Shown here piece by piece: positions 12,665-24,473 of a stretch of 64,000 nucleotides of DNA. Made by a program: the position numbers and the translations under genes. This DNA is from Eutreptiella sp. 'Long Island Sound 2002' (taxonomy: Eukaryota > Protista > Euglenida): contig OZ038378.1 in the NCBI GenBank assembly GCA_964036045.1, forward strand, positions 66,712,001 to 66,776,000, in the 5' to 3' direction. Every line of letters begins with the position of its first letter. Position 1 is the first letter of the stretch. The notes under the pieces are model-generated. The model did not search any database and was not told where the DNA came from. It saw only the letters and a list, made by a program, of their open reading frames with translations.

Positions 12665-15533
12665 CCGTAGTAAGGCTTTTGCCTATGTGATCATGTGTGC
12701 CGCCATCCGCAATAGGCTTTTTATCTTGTGCATTCATGTGTGCCATCATCCGCAGAGTAATATGTATGGTGCTCCGCCACCCCCAAACGGAAAAAATGCC
12801 CCGGCTACCAAGCGCAAGCGTGGCCAATTAGATGTCCCTGATCGTGGGACAAACTAGCAGAGAGCGGCATTCCCCGCGCCCAGTTACCCTCTCTTCAGGT
12901 GTGCCACCATCCGCCGTAGGCTTTTTCCCTATCTATTCATGTGTGCCACAATCCGCATTAGGCTTTTTCCCTATCTATTCATGTGCGGCACCTTACGTAG
13001 TAGGGCTTTGTCCTATCTATTCAAGTGTGCCACCATCCAAAGTAGGCTTTTTCCGTATCTATTCATGTGTCCCACCATCCGCAATAGGCTTTTTCCCTAT
13101 CCATTCATGTGTGCCACCATCCGCACCAGGGCTTTTTGTCTATCTATTCATGCGTGCCACCATCCGCAATACGCTTTTTTCCTATCTAATCACGTGTGCC
13201 ACCGTCCGCAGTTGGTTTTCCCCTAACTATTCATTTGTCCCACCATCCCCGGTACGCTTTTTCGCTATCTAATCACGTGTGCTACCATCCGCAGTAGGGG
13301 TTTCCCCTATCTATTCATGTGTGCCACCATCCGCAATAGAACTTTTTCCTATCTATGCATGTGTGCCACCATCTGCAGTAGGCTTTTTCCCTATCTATTA
13401 ATGTGTGCCACCATCCGCAGTAAGGCTTTTCCTATCTATTCATGTGTGCCAGCATCCGCACTACACTTTCCCCCTATCGGTTCATGTGTGCCACCATCCA
13501 AAGTAGGCTTCTTCCCTACCTATTCATGTGTACCACCATCCGCAGTAGGGGTTTTCCCTGTCTATTCATGTGTGGCACCATCCGCCACCATCCGCAGTAA
13601 GGCTCTCTCCTGTGCATTCATGTGTGTAACCATCTGTAGTAGGCTTTTCCCTATTTATTCATGTGTGCCACCATGCGCAGTAAGGCTTTTTCTTGTCTAT
13701 ACATGTGTGCCACCATCCTAAGTAGGCTTTTTACTTATCTATTCATGTGTGCCACCATCCGCATAAAGGCTTTTTCCTATCTAATCGTGTGTGCGACCAT
13801 CCTAAGTAGGCTTTTTCCCTATCTATTCATGTGTGCCACCATCCACAGTAGGCTTTTTCCCTATCTATTCATGTGTGCCATCATCCGCAAAAAGGCTTTT
13901 TCCTATCTATTCATGTGTGCCACCATTGGCGGTAAGAGTTTTTCCTTATCTATTAATGTGTGTTGGCATCCGCAATAAGGCTTTTTCTTGTCTTTTCATG
14001 TGTGCCACCATCCGCAATAAGGGTTTTTCCTGTCTATACAGGTGTGCCACCATCCGCAGTAGTGCTTTTTCCCTATCTGTTCATGTGTGCCACAATCCGC
14101 AGTTAGGTTTTTTCCTATCCATTAATGTTTGCCACCATCCACAGTAGGCTTTCCCCCCATCTATTCATGTGTGCAAGAATCGCAGAAAGGCTTCTTCCTA
14201 TTTATTCATGTGTGCCACCATCCGCGGTAAGGCTTTGTGCTATCTATTCATGTGTGCCACCATCCACAGTAGGCTTTTTCCTTACCTATTAATATGTGCC
14301 GGCATCCGCAATAAGGCGTTTTCTTGTCTATTCATGTGTGCCACCATCCGCAATAAGGGTTTTTCCTGGCTATACAGGTGTGCCACCATCCGCAGCAGGG
14401 CTTTTTCCTTATCCATTCATGTGTGCCACCATCCGCAGTAAGGTTTTTTCCTATCTATTCATGTGTGCCACCATTGGCAGTAAGAGTTTTTCCTTATCTA
14501 TTAATGTGTGTTGGCATCCGCAATAAGGCTTTTTCTTGTCTATTCATGTGTGCCACCATCCGCAAGAAGGGATTTTCCTGTCTATACAGGTGTGCCACCA
14601 TCCGCAGTAGTGTTTTTTCCCTATCTGTTCATGTGTGCCACAATCCGCAGTTAGGTTTTTTCCTATCCATTAATGTTTGCCACCATCCATAGTAGGCTTT
14701 CCCCCCATCTATTCATGTGTGCAAGAATCGCAGAAAGGCTTCTTCCTATTTATTCATGTGTGCCACCATCCGCCGTAAGGCTTTGTGCTATCTATTCATG
14801 TGTGCCACCATCCACAGTAGGCTTTTTCCTTACCTATTAATATGTGCCGGCATCCGCAATAAGGCGTTTTCTTGTCTATTCATGTGTGCCACCATCCGCA
14901 ATAAGGGTTTTTCCTGGCTATACAGGTGTGCCACCATCCGCAGCAGGGCTTTTTCCTTATCCATTCATGTGTGCCACCATCCGCAGTAAGGTTTTTTCGT
15001 ATCTATTCATGTGTGCCACCATCCTAAGTAGGCTTTTCCCCTATCTATTCATGTGTGCCACCATCCACAGTAGGCTTTTTCCCTATTTATTCATGTGTGC
15101 CATCATCCGCAGAAAGGCTTTTCCCTATATATTCATGTGTGCCACCATCGGCAGTAAGGGTTCTTTCTATCTATTCATGTGTGCTACCATCCACAGTAGG
15201 CTTTTCCCCCATCTATTCATGTGACCCAAAAATCGCAGAAAGGCTTCTTCTTGTTTATTCATGTGTGCCACCATCCGCAGTAAGGCTTTGTGCTATCTAT
15301 TCATGTGTGCCACCATCCACAGTAGGCTTTTCCCCTATCTATTACTGTGTGCCGGCATCCGCAGTAAGGCGTTTTCTTGTCTATTCATGTGTGCCACCAT
15401 CCGCAGTAAGGGTTTTTCCTATCCATACAGGTGTGCCACCATCCGCAGTAGGGCTTTTTCCTTATCTATTCATGTGTGCCACCATCTGCAGTAAGGCTTT
15501 TTCCTATCTGTTCATGTGTGCCACCATCCGCAG
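12641..15533. repeat. 41/42-bp satellite array (about 60-65 units) with a 548-bp higher-order repeat
   Basis: Consensus TTCATGTGTGCCACCATCCGCAGTA(A)GGCTTTTTCCTATCTA. Diagnostic variants recur at offset 548 (13923/14471 and 14169/14717). The array is interrupted at 12756-12895 by the dispersed module. Confidence 0.95.
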
Positions 15534-16249
15534 CATCTTTTTTTTTCACTGCCTCTGTTGTCTCCGTGACCGCCACACTAAAACAATGTAACAGTAGCTT
15601 GCCGGTGGTCCTGTGAAAAATGAACTTGTGGGGCCTCGTCCCAAACCTCCCATTCCCCACCCGCCTCATCCTACCCCCCCCCCCCCCCGGCGGCCCGCAC
15701 TGCTCCACAACGTGGCAGCCAGTGATACTGGGACTCCGGGGGTCAAGCACCCTACCCAAACAACATCTGCCAAGGGATCAATTATAATAGCACGCAATGC
15801 AACAAACTTAATCATTATAACTGAAAGAGGAGGGAAAACAATGTTGCAGAGGGAGACCTTTTTGCTGCGCTTGGTCACGTCAGCAGCAGCAAACCACCCA
15901 TGCACCGTTGCCCAATGCCACTTCATATCCCGGACCACCTGCTCAGGGTGGGCTTAGAGGGCTGAACGGAGGGCAGGATACATCCAGCGGCGCTTTTCCT
16001 CTGCACGATCGTTAAATACGCGGTCACCGGCGTGTTGGCTGGGGGGGGGGGGGGTCAGGAATTTTGATGTGCTGGTACCGAATCCCGAACGAAAGATCGT
16101 GTTTGGAGGGATGGGTGTTGCCGGCCGATTCGCGGGAGGTCCTATCTTTAACATCCATGCGGTGACCCATTTCTATGGCCACCATGCCCGGGGGGGGCGA
16201 CCCCTCGGTTTTGGACGCCAACTACCCCCCCAACTAACTGTTGGCCGGA

Positions 16250-16900
16250 GGCCCCTTGGAAGAGGGGGGGGGGGGGGGCATTGGAGGGGGGTCTAGGAGG
16301 GGCAATGGGGGGCGGAGGGCTCCGGGAGGGTTGGTTGGGGGGGGGGGGTCCAGGTGGGGCGATTTGGGGTGTTGGGGGGGCACAGGCTCCCCTTACCTCC
16401 TCTTGCCCTCCCTCTAACCATAGCATCACCATAAACCTAACCCCAACCTTTGCAGCCAGTTGGTTTGGCCATGCCAGCCATGGTGATTGGGCTGAACAAG
16501 ATCCCCCCAATTTCGTTCATGGCTGCTTTTGCCACATCATTGCTCTCCATTTTGGACCCCAACACTCACTCTGACCCTAGCCTAGGGTGAGAGCGAGGGC
16601 TAGGGTTAGGGCTAGGGTGAGGGTTAGGGTTGGGTGTAGGGATAGGAGTAGGCTAAGGGTTGGGGGTGGGTGTTAGAGTGAAGGTTGGGTTTAAGGATAG
16701 TGTTGGGGTGCAAATTGGACAAAATTTTCCTTAGGGCACCTTTGGTGTTCATGGAGCATCGGGCGCCTTAGGCGCCCATGGACGCCTGAGGGCGACACCT
16801 TTGGCAACTAACTGTTGGCCGCGGGGCCCTAGGGGGGGGGGGGGGCAGGGGTAGTTGGCGGCCTAGGACCCGTGGAGTCGCCGCCCCCGTGCCACCATGG
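16250..16900. repeat. Dispersed repeat containing degenerate interstitial TTAGGG tract
   Basis: TTAGGG/CTAGGG/TGAGGG variants at 16583-16700. The whole segment is colinear with 59190-59526 plus 60681-60950. Confidence 0.85.
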
Positions 16901-19900
16901 TGTCTCCTGCTTTGCGCTTAAGATGGGGGGCAGAACCCTATCCACGAAGACTCCGATCATCTTAGGCTCCGGGTAGCACATGGGACGGTGACTGAAACCA
17001 AGAGCCGCTACGGCGGGCTGGACTGCGGGTAGGAGGTGGCTAGGAGGGGGAGACTCCTTCCGTGGTGCATCGGCATCCTGATTGCCTAGGTTAAAAACGT
17101 CCCCGACCTCAATCCCACTATCTAGACATGCTGGTGCTGGTTCCATTACGTGGGCGCCGTAGGAAAACGACCTATGGGAGGAGGCGCCAAGCAGCACTAG
17201 CAAGGGGTCACGGCCATGAAGTGGGGTTGCGCAACGGTGCAGGGGGTGCTATGATGTGGAGAAATGCAGCAAAAAGTAAATACACAAGGAGCAATTGGCA
17301 CAGGGGCGGAGGGCACAGGAGGGGGGGGGGCAAGAGCACACCTATGGGCGATGGATATAGGTACAAACGGGACGGCCGCGACGTGGAATGCCCGTAGGGT
17401 GGGGGTGGACACAACCATAAGGGTCACACCGTGGCGGAGGTGTGGGGGCGGGCTTGGGTGTGGGTTTGGGTGGGTCACCACGTGCCATCGGTGTCAGGGT
17501 GCGCGTGGCTGGACCTAGAGGAAGGCGCCACTTGACGGGTGAGTGGACAAGTGTGGTTGCTGGTGGTTATTTTGTGTTCCCTAGCAGCAGCGACGTTTGT
17601 GGGCGGAGGGGGGGGGGGGGGGCGCAGGGGCATATATGAGGATCGTTGGTGTGCAACCAGCCCTGACAGCGTCGTCTAGCCTGACGGCAAGGGTGGCCTT
17701 TTCGGAGGGAATTTGGGGACAGTAGGGCGCCGTGGATGGGGTATTTGCTGCGCCAGGGGGGCCCTCGCTCTCTTGAGGCTTTGGTCAAAGAAGTGCCACC
17801 TGGACACGCGCGGTCCCCCCGCCAACAACCCTACTTGGTCCCGCCTCCCCAATGCAAACTGGTACCGCATCCACCCAAGGTCGAAAAGGCCATCTAGGGT
17901 TGCTAGGGGCTGTGACAGCCAATGTTCAGTCCTTGGGGTGAGGAGGCCGGTTGCGCTGGCGAGGGGGGTGGGGGCGTCCTTTTGGGCTGCGAGGTTCTTT
18001 GGTGGGGGGGCTGAGGTAGGGTGGTGGTAGGCGATTTGGGTGTTAGGATGGACCGTAGGATGGTGCTGGAGGGGATGCTGGTCCCGATGTTGTGTGGGGG
18101 GGGTGAGCATTGGCGGTTGAGGCGAACACAGCGCTGCGAGGCTCTTGGCAGCGTCCGAGTCCCACGGTGCCTGGTTGCCCTGATCACCATAAAGCAGCAA
18201 CTAAGGCAGATTCCCCCACCCTACTAAGAGGGGAGACGCCGGGGACGAAGGCAAAAAAGGAAATGCTTGTGACAGATTGAAAACATTCTCCACCATTGTC
18301 CCCCTGAGACAATGCCAAGCAAAAACGGTCAAGGATAGGAGGACTGGTGAGGTGAAGCAGTTGTGTGCATGGCGGATGACTTGATTACCTACTAGTTGCC
18401 AAACCCTGCATGCGGCGGCATGATTAGATGGACGAGTGGTTGGGGGGGCCTCCTCCGACTGCCACATGGGCCGCAAATGCCGTGCCACTCCGGCAGCTTC
18501 GGTGGTCCGGGACCCCGGTATTTGTACTCGAGCCGCGGGGGGGGGGGGGGTGTGCCACCATCTGGACCGGCCTCAGAAACGGTGTGCTAGAAAGAGAAAT
18601 GGCGTCTGCCCCAAACCCCATTCCCAACGAGCGTTCCGAACAAGCAACAACAGCAACAAGGATAATAGATAAGTATTGAGCAAAAAAGATATCAATCCGT
18701 TTTGAGAAAAAGCGACTGTCGCACATGCCCCGGATAGGCCATCTGAGTCCGTGCATCCCTCATCGCCACTAGCATCCCAACGGTTAGTCGCGCAGACGGA
18801 ACTCCACAGATTCCTTTTCAAAGGGGGGGGTGAGGGTGGGGCGCTACCGTGCCAAAAGTAGGAACAAAAAGAAAAAAAGAATTGCGCTCTGTGCGCCACC
18901 AAATTTGGGGGTTGAGGGGGGGGTGTCGTTGCAATGTCCAAAGAGGGAAACATGCTTGGGTAGTGGTGACGCAAGCGTTTTTGAGAACGGGGCATGCCGG
19001 ACGGCGACCACATCTATTTGTATGTCCGGTCAACTAGTCGTTAAAAGCAAAATACAAAGTCACACCGGGTCAACCAAGCAACCTTGTCCGGGCTCCATGT
19101 GGCACCCTCATTGGCCCAAGAGTGGAACACGACATCGGAGGCACCTTTGGAGGAGAAAATTCACCCAAAAATACCGGCTCCTCAGCACAGCACGAAAAAT
19201 TTTCCACCTATGTTGGGCCATGTCATGCGGCACCCCAACAAACTCGACAACGAGAAATGGGGAGGAAACACCATCAGTGCACCGCATGGTACGACTACAT
19301 TGTGCTAGCCTCCAGGCTACATGTGTGTGTTATTGCACGGGCGCTTCCCAAGCAGGCTCAGACAATGGCGGCATGCCTTCTTGACGCGAGGACGTTGTTG
19401 GTGGAGTTGTCTGGAACGCTGGGCGATGCACATACAACACATGAGAGAAGATGTTTCGGTGTGGCGCAGGTGGAAGTCGTGTGCGGTCAGGAGCTGCGGA
19501 GCCAAGCCAACACTCGCCGCATGGCGATGAGCCACACATGCCTCCTATTTAGCACGTTGTTGGCAAGATCAACATATGAGATAAGCACACTATTCATATC
19601 AGGATGCCAAGTTTTCTTCTTTTAAGTACGGGCGCTTTTGTGCCCTGTGCCGCCACGCCGACTTTGACCATGGCCCCGTTGAGGCTCTTTTCTTGACAAT
19701 GATGTTCTTTCTGGTGCCCCACCCAATTACATCATGTTATGCTATGTTACATTGCTGCAGTGTCAAGGGTGCACGCGAGTAACACAAGTGGCTACGAATC
19801 AACCCGGGAGCTTTGTGCGCTCAAACAAAAGTACCACCGACCATGGAAGTCTGGCGTTCTTTAGCAAAATGGGGTGGTTGTGGTCCACTCACAAAAAGGT

Positions 19901-19934
19901 GTTATGTTTTGTCGGTAAAGATAATTTTTTCTAA

Positions 19935-20080
19935 CTCGTGACCAAGGGGGGGGGGAAGAAAAAAATTTTTGATACCGGGTCGGAATTTTTTTTTCGGGGT
20001 TGACCCCCCCTATGGGGGTGGGGGTACGAAAAAAAGTGGGTCGTACAGAAAAAAATTTTCTTCCCGTGTGGCACGTACCG
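19935..20080. repeat. Short palindromic MITE-like motif
   Basis: TTTTTTCGGGGTTGACCCCCCCTATGGGGGTGGGGGTACGAAAAAAA and CTCGTGACCA are shared, with variation, by 22430-22575 and 25615-25785. Confidence 0.55.
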
Positions 20081-20413
20081 CACATAATCACGGTGTTGCC
20101 ACCACATAACATGCCTTTGCTACTCGTTGGCATTCCTCTGCTTGGCTATTTCGGGTACTAGCCCATGTCCAACATGCCATTTGCAACATGAAGCCGTCGG
20201 TGGCCCCTTCTCCATGGCATGCTTCGCAGCACAATGGCACGAACCAGCAAACAACATCCCCGGGTACCTGTTTCAAACATAATGACGTTAAAAAAAGAAA
20301 CATTCAATTTCGAAACTTTCATTTTTGAACATTCAATGTCAAACAGTTTTTTCAACAAAATTTTGTTTTTGGAACGTTTGTTTCTAAGCTAATGGTACAA
20401 CATACGGCATGTT

Positions 20414-21210
20414 GTGCACCCCCGACGGTACACCCTAGTGTGCTTCATTTGCTATGGGGGAGGTTTGTTTGATGACCCTTTGGTATTTGTGCCCTGTGCA
20501 TACCGCTGTTTGTATAGCCCTTCACTTTGTTGTTTCTTCTTTGGGGCCACCAGTATGAGCGCGCGCACGGCACCGCTCTATGGGCGGGATGTGATTGCGG
20601 GGCTCTCGGCGACATTGGTTTGCTTGAGCGGGGCGGCCAACCTATGGGATGCGCGAGTGGGCCACCTATTGGCCCAATGGTCGGCATCCTCCCCTCATTG
20701 CAAGGCACGGTGGGAGCAAGCCACCGTGGAGGGTGGCCACAAAGTGGTGCGTGCCGCGGAGGACACCGCCATACGGGAATACGCAGAGTCGTTGATAACT
20801 CCGTTTGGCGCCGTAGAACTTCTTGTGGCCTTGAAGGCCCCAAAGTCCAGCTTCCGTGCCCTGTCGGAGTTCTTCAACCGGTAGGGTCTACAGTACTCCT
20901 TGAAGACCGGACAGCCATTTCCGCGGCCCATTTGTACCCGGGAGGCCTTTGACGCCGAGTGCAATCGCGCAACGCTCTGTGCCATTGCATTGACTGGCCA
21001 CACCCCCTCATGTTCATTGTGCGGGGCGATGTGTTCCCCTGCGCAGGGGGAAGCTTGAGCCACCTCGGCATTGCGTTGGCCAACCATGGTGCCCGCGCCA
21101 GCCAACCTGCGTACTACTGGGTCATCGGGATGGCGGTCTGTGGTGACAAGGATATGGCTCAACTGGGTGCCATATGGAAGGACAACCTGCAAGTATGGTT
21201 TGCACGAACA
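20414..21210 (+). mobile_element. Fragment of the same DDE transposase family (N-terminal to first catalytic Asp)
   Basis: LCHCIDWPHPLMFIVRGDVFPCAGGSLSHLGIALANHG...YYWVIGMAVCGDKDMAQLGAIW aligns by eye with 54330-54600 and with the VYGDGY region at about 12050. It ends at an AT-rich insertion (about 21210-21370). Confidence 0.5.
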
Positions 21211-21272
21211 CGTAGCTATTTCGTTTCGCTATCTAGTCGTTCAAATTTGAATATTCAAATTTCCAAAAAAAT

Positions 21273-22031
21273 TCAAGAACGGGCAGAGCTGGCCAAATTC
21301 TGTTTTTTGAACTTCAAAAAAAGATTTTTGAACATTCGAAATTCATATTTGTTTTCAGATTTTGCAGCAACTGCAAGCGTAACTGTCCAAATTCGGCACG
21401 CTTGGGCTTCATTGGGTGAGGTGGCCGTCCGTGCCAAACCATCGGGAAGTAGCACAACGTCGACAAGGTCCGCAAGAGTGGAAAACTCGGTATAGAGTGC
21501 ACCACCAGTTGGAGCCCGGGGAGATCCTTGTACATCAACATAAAACCATCGGTCATTCCTGCTCCCCACACAAATCAAGAAACCCTCGTACTCCATCAAA
21601 AAGCAAATGCGCGCGGTTGGTGGAGGAGGGGTGGTTGCAAGGCGGAACAAAGTTTCCTTGGCTTTATCCCAAGGAATCAATTGCGTATCTTCAAAGGAGG
21701 TGAAATGCAGCAACTTCAGGACTTGGAATGATGTACAAGTGCAACTAGCACACCCGCCACCTCGTGTGATCCAAGCAGGTTCCGCCCCAATAGCAACACA
21801 AATGGCCTCTAGGAGGGTGTACCCCATGACCGGCATAGATGTTGAAGACAATGCCGTTATCAACAACGTTGTAGAAGTCCTGTATGAGGTAGTGGCACCC
21901 AAAACGGGAAGGTCCATCACGCTAAATGGGCTCACAACGCCACTACATTGCACCCCACCAACGTCCAACACGCCCACATTGGGATTCAACATTGTTTGTG
22001 CACAAAACCAGTTAAAACGTTGCCAATTCAA
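21273..22031 (-). CDS. ORF resembling herpesvirus-tegument-type (peptidase C76 / Herpes_teg_N) deubiquitinase domain, His replaced by Gln
   Basis: Open 252-codon frame with GGVQC near residue 29. About 135 residues later comes FLICVGSRNDRWFYVDVQGSPRAPTGGALYTEFSTLADLVDVVL, which fits the family pattern YxFDxHG...PxGxA...FxxLxDL. The last ~35 codons run into an AT-rich insertion. Motif recognition only, no profile search. Confidence 0.45.
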   Translation of the reverse strand: MNWQRFNWFCAQTMLNPNVGVLDVGGVQCSGVVSPFSVMDLPVLGATTSYRTSTTLLITALSSTSMPVMGYTLLEAICVAIGAEPAWITRGGGCASCTCTSFQVLKLLHFTSFEDTQLIPWDKAKETLFRLATTPPPPTARICFLMEYEGFLICVGSRNDRWFYVDVQGSPRAPTGGALYTEFSTLADLVDVVLLPDGLARTATSPNEAQACRIWTVTLAVAAKSENKYEFRMFKNLFLKFKKQNLASSARS

Positions 22032-22574
22032 CGGGGGTCATAAAAAAACCTGCAGCAAGGGAACGGTATGAAGCAGTATGGCATGCAAAGGAGGGATCCC
22101 CTCCCCTCACCCTCATCTGTGCCACACCTAGTTTGCTACCTGTGCTATTGCCGAACCCTCACCTATGCCACACCTAGTTTGCTACCTGTGCTATTGCTAC
22201 TATTCCTAGAAAAACCGGAAGGTCATTTTGACCAATTTTACCCCAAGCCAAAACTCTTGGGGCCCCACGCCTAGCACCCTCGCTTTGTGGTGGCTGAAAT
22301 TTGGGCCGACAGGGATATGTAGGGGTCCAAATTTGTACCGGCGAAATAGGGAATGTTTGGGGTCCTCAAAACTTTATGTAGGCTACGCTTACACATATGA
22401 AAAAGCAACTAGTGGTGTTCTTTAGAAAAAAATTGGGGTTGCGAAAATTTTTAACACATAGGGGTGGGATATTTTTTTCGGGCTGTACCCCCCCTAGGGG
22501 GGAGGGGTACAAAAAAACGGTGATACCGCGAATTTTTTTTGCGCCCCCCCCCCCCCTGCTCGTGACCAATGTTT

Positions 22575-23150
22575 TTTCCACCGTCCATCAAGAGTACACA
22601 TAGCAGGTCATGGGCGGGTGACACGGCTGGTTGCGGGTGTGGGATGGGTATGCCCTTCTCCTACCTCACCCTCTGCGGGGGGGGGGGGGGTGACGAGCAA
22701 AATGATGCCTGTCGCCCCGTTAGCATGGGTGTCTACGTCCACCTTAATCTCTGGAGGATGTTACAATACAATAAAAGCGCAGACATCATCCATGAAATGT
22801 AGTGGGATGTCCATGTCTTGGAGGTCGGCAAGGACTTCCAATTCAGGTGTCTTTGCTGCTTGCACCGTGTGTGTGCCACATTCTAGGTAATGTCCGTTGG
22901 GCGTTTTACGTTTCTCCCAAGGTTGCTGTGGACCAATGAGTGGAGGTCAATTAACTTCATCCGCCAAAAGGCCGTAAACGTAACCTAGACTTGGGACAAG
23001 TGCTGCCACCGGCGCGAATGCCATGCTTGCAAGTCAATAGGCCGCAACAAATGGATCTATTCCCAACGCAGAGATGTCGCAACGGATTAGCTCGTCGCCA
23101 TGGACCACGCGTGAAAGTATGGAGCCATAGGCTAATGGTGGGGATGTAGA
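22575..23150 (-). mobile_element. 3' fragment of RNase H-bearing LINE family
   Basis: GTCCATCAAGAGTACACATAGCAGGTCATGGG matches 61375-61406. The translation KTPELEVLADLQDMDIPLHFMDDVCAFIVL* matches the C-terminus of ORF 50679-51548. Confidence 0.75.
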
Positions 23151-23229
23151 CCGGTGGCGGTGATGGCTCCCTGCGCCGCTTGAGTGGTGCTGCTACGTGC
23201 CGATGCCAGGCCATAGCATCTACCACCCA

Positions 23230-23900
23230 CATGGTGTATTGTGGTGGTTGTATGTTTCAATTGCCATCTCAGGCCCTAAATCGTGGGCGCGGTATCTTTT
23301 AATTTGTGCCGTATCCATGGCGATACGGATTGGACCCCACGCTACGGGATTCCATATGTTGCCGGCCCGGGTGGCCCATATGGAGAAGCATGCATCGAAA
23401 CCTAATCATACTGCGACTGGGCAAGCTGCAAATCTTGTCAACCGCCTCCATCAGCATAAGACTCACGGGCGTGAGCCCTTCGTCATCCGGTTGGATGTTC
23501 GAAAAGTGTTTCCGTGTACAATCCATGAGATCGCCTTCTCGATCACGACCCACGGACGTCCAACCCAATTATGTTGCAGCTTTTAGCAAGGTCCAAGTCC
23601 ATGCTCACACGTGCGCCAACATTCAAGGAGAGCGCACATACTTCAACTCAACATGCGGTGGCAAGGAAGGATCCCCCTGCTACCCACTGGTGTATTGTAT
23701 ACGAGTTGCTGCTCAAACATTTGCTCACTAATTACGCGCACACATTGGTTTACGCAGGCGATATCACCATCATTGTCAAACATTATTGTGGATTGGAACA
23801 GCTAGTCACCGACATCTCAGCTTGGCTATATCCGAATGGAATGCAGTTCAGGCCTAGCAAAACCAGAGTGTACCGCTTCAACAAACCACAATCTTGAGGC
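23230..23900 (+). mobile_element. Degenerate non-LTR reverse transcriptase fragment
   Basis: HTATGQAANLVNRLHQHKTHGREPFVIRLDVRKVFP, YELLLKHLLTNYAHTLVYAGDI and GMQFRPSKT correspond to RT subdomains 2-7 and are colinear with 58442-58949 plus 53346-53538. Confidence 0.85.
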
Positions 23901-24473
23901 ACTACCTCGGGTGGGAGCAAGCCACTGTGGAGGGTGGCCACAAAGTGGTGCGTGCCGCGGAGGACACCGCCATACGGGAATACGCAGAGTCGTTGATAAC
24001 TCCGTTTGGCGCCGTAGAACTTGTTGTGGCCTTGAAGGCCCCAAAGTCCAGCTTCCGTGCCCTGTCGGAGTTCTTCAACCGGTAGGGTCTACAGTACTCC
24101 TTGAAGACCGGACAGCCATTTCCGCGGCCCATTTGTACCCGGGAGGCCTTTGACGCCGAGTGCAATCGCGCAACGCTCTGCGCCATTGCATTGACTGGCC
24201 ACACCCCCTCATGTTCATTGTGCGGGGCGATGTGTTCCCCTGCGCAGGGGGAAGCTTGAGCCACCTCGGCATGGCGTTGGCCAACCATGGTGCCCGCGCC
24301 AGCCAACCTGCGTACTACTGGGTCATCGGGATGGCGGTCTGTGGTGACAAGGATATGGCTCAACTGGGTGCCATATGGAAGGACAACCTGCAAGTATGGT
24401 TTGCACGAACACGTAGCTATTTCGTTTCGCTATCTAGTCGTTCAAATTTGAATATTCAAATTTCCAAAAAAAT

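Noticed and set aside
12896-15533. 42-bp array as a CRISPR array or a repetitive protein gene (many MCATIRS / YSCVPPS ORFs)
   Set aside because: Units are contiguous and homologous over their whole length with no unique spacers, and no cas genes are present. ORFs appear in several frames with frequent stops, as expected from a satellite.
16583-16700. True telomere or chromosome fusion site
   Set aside because: The tract is short, degenerate, single-orientation and embedded in a dispersed repeat with a second copy in the window.
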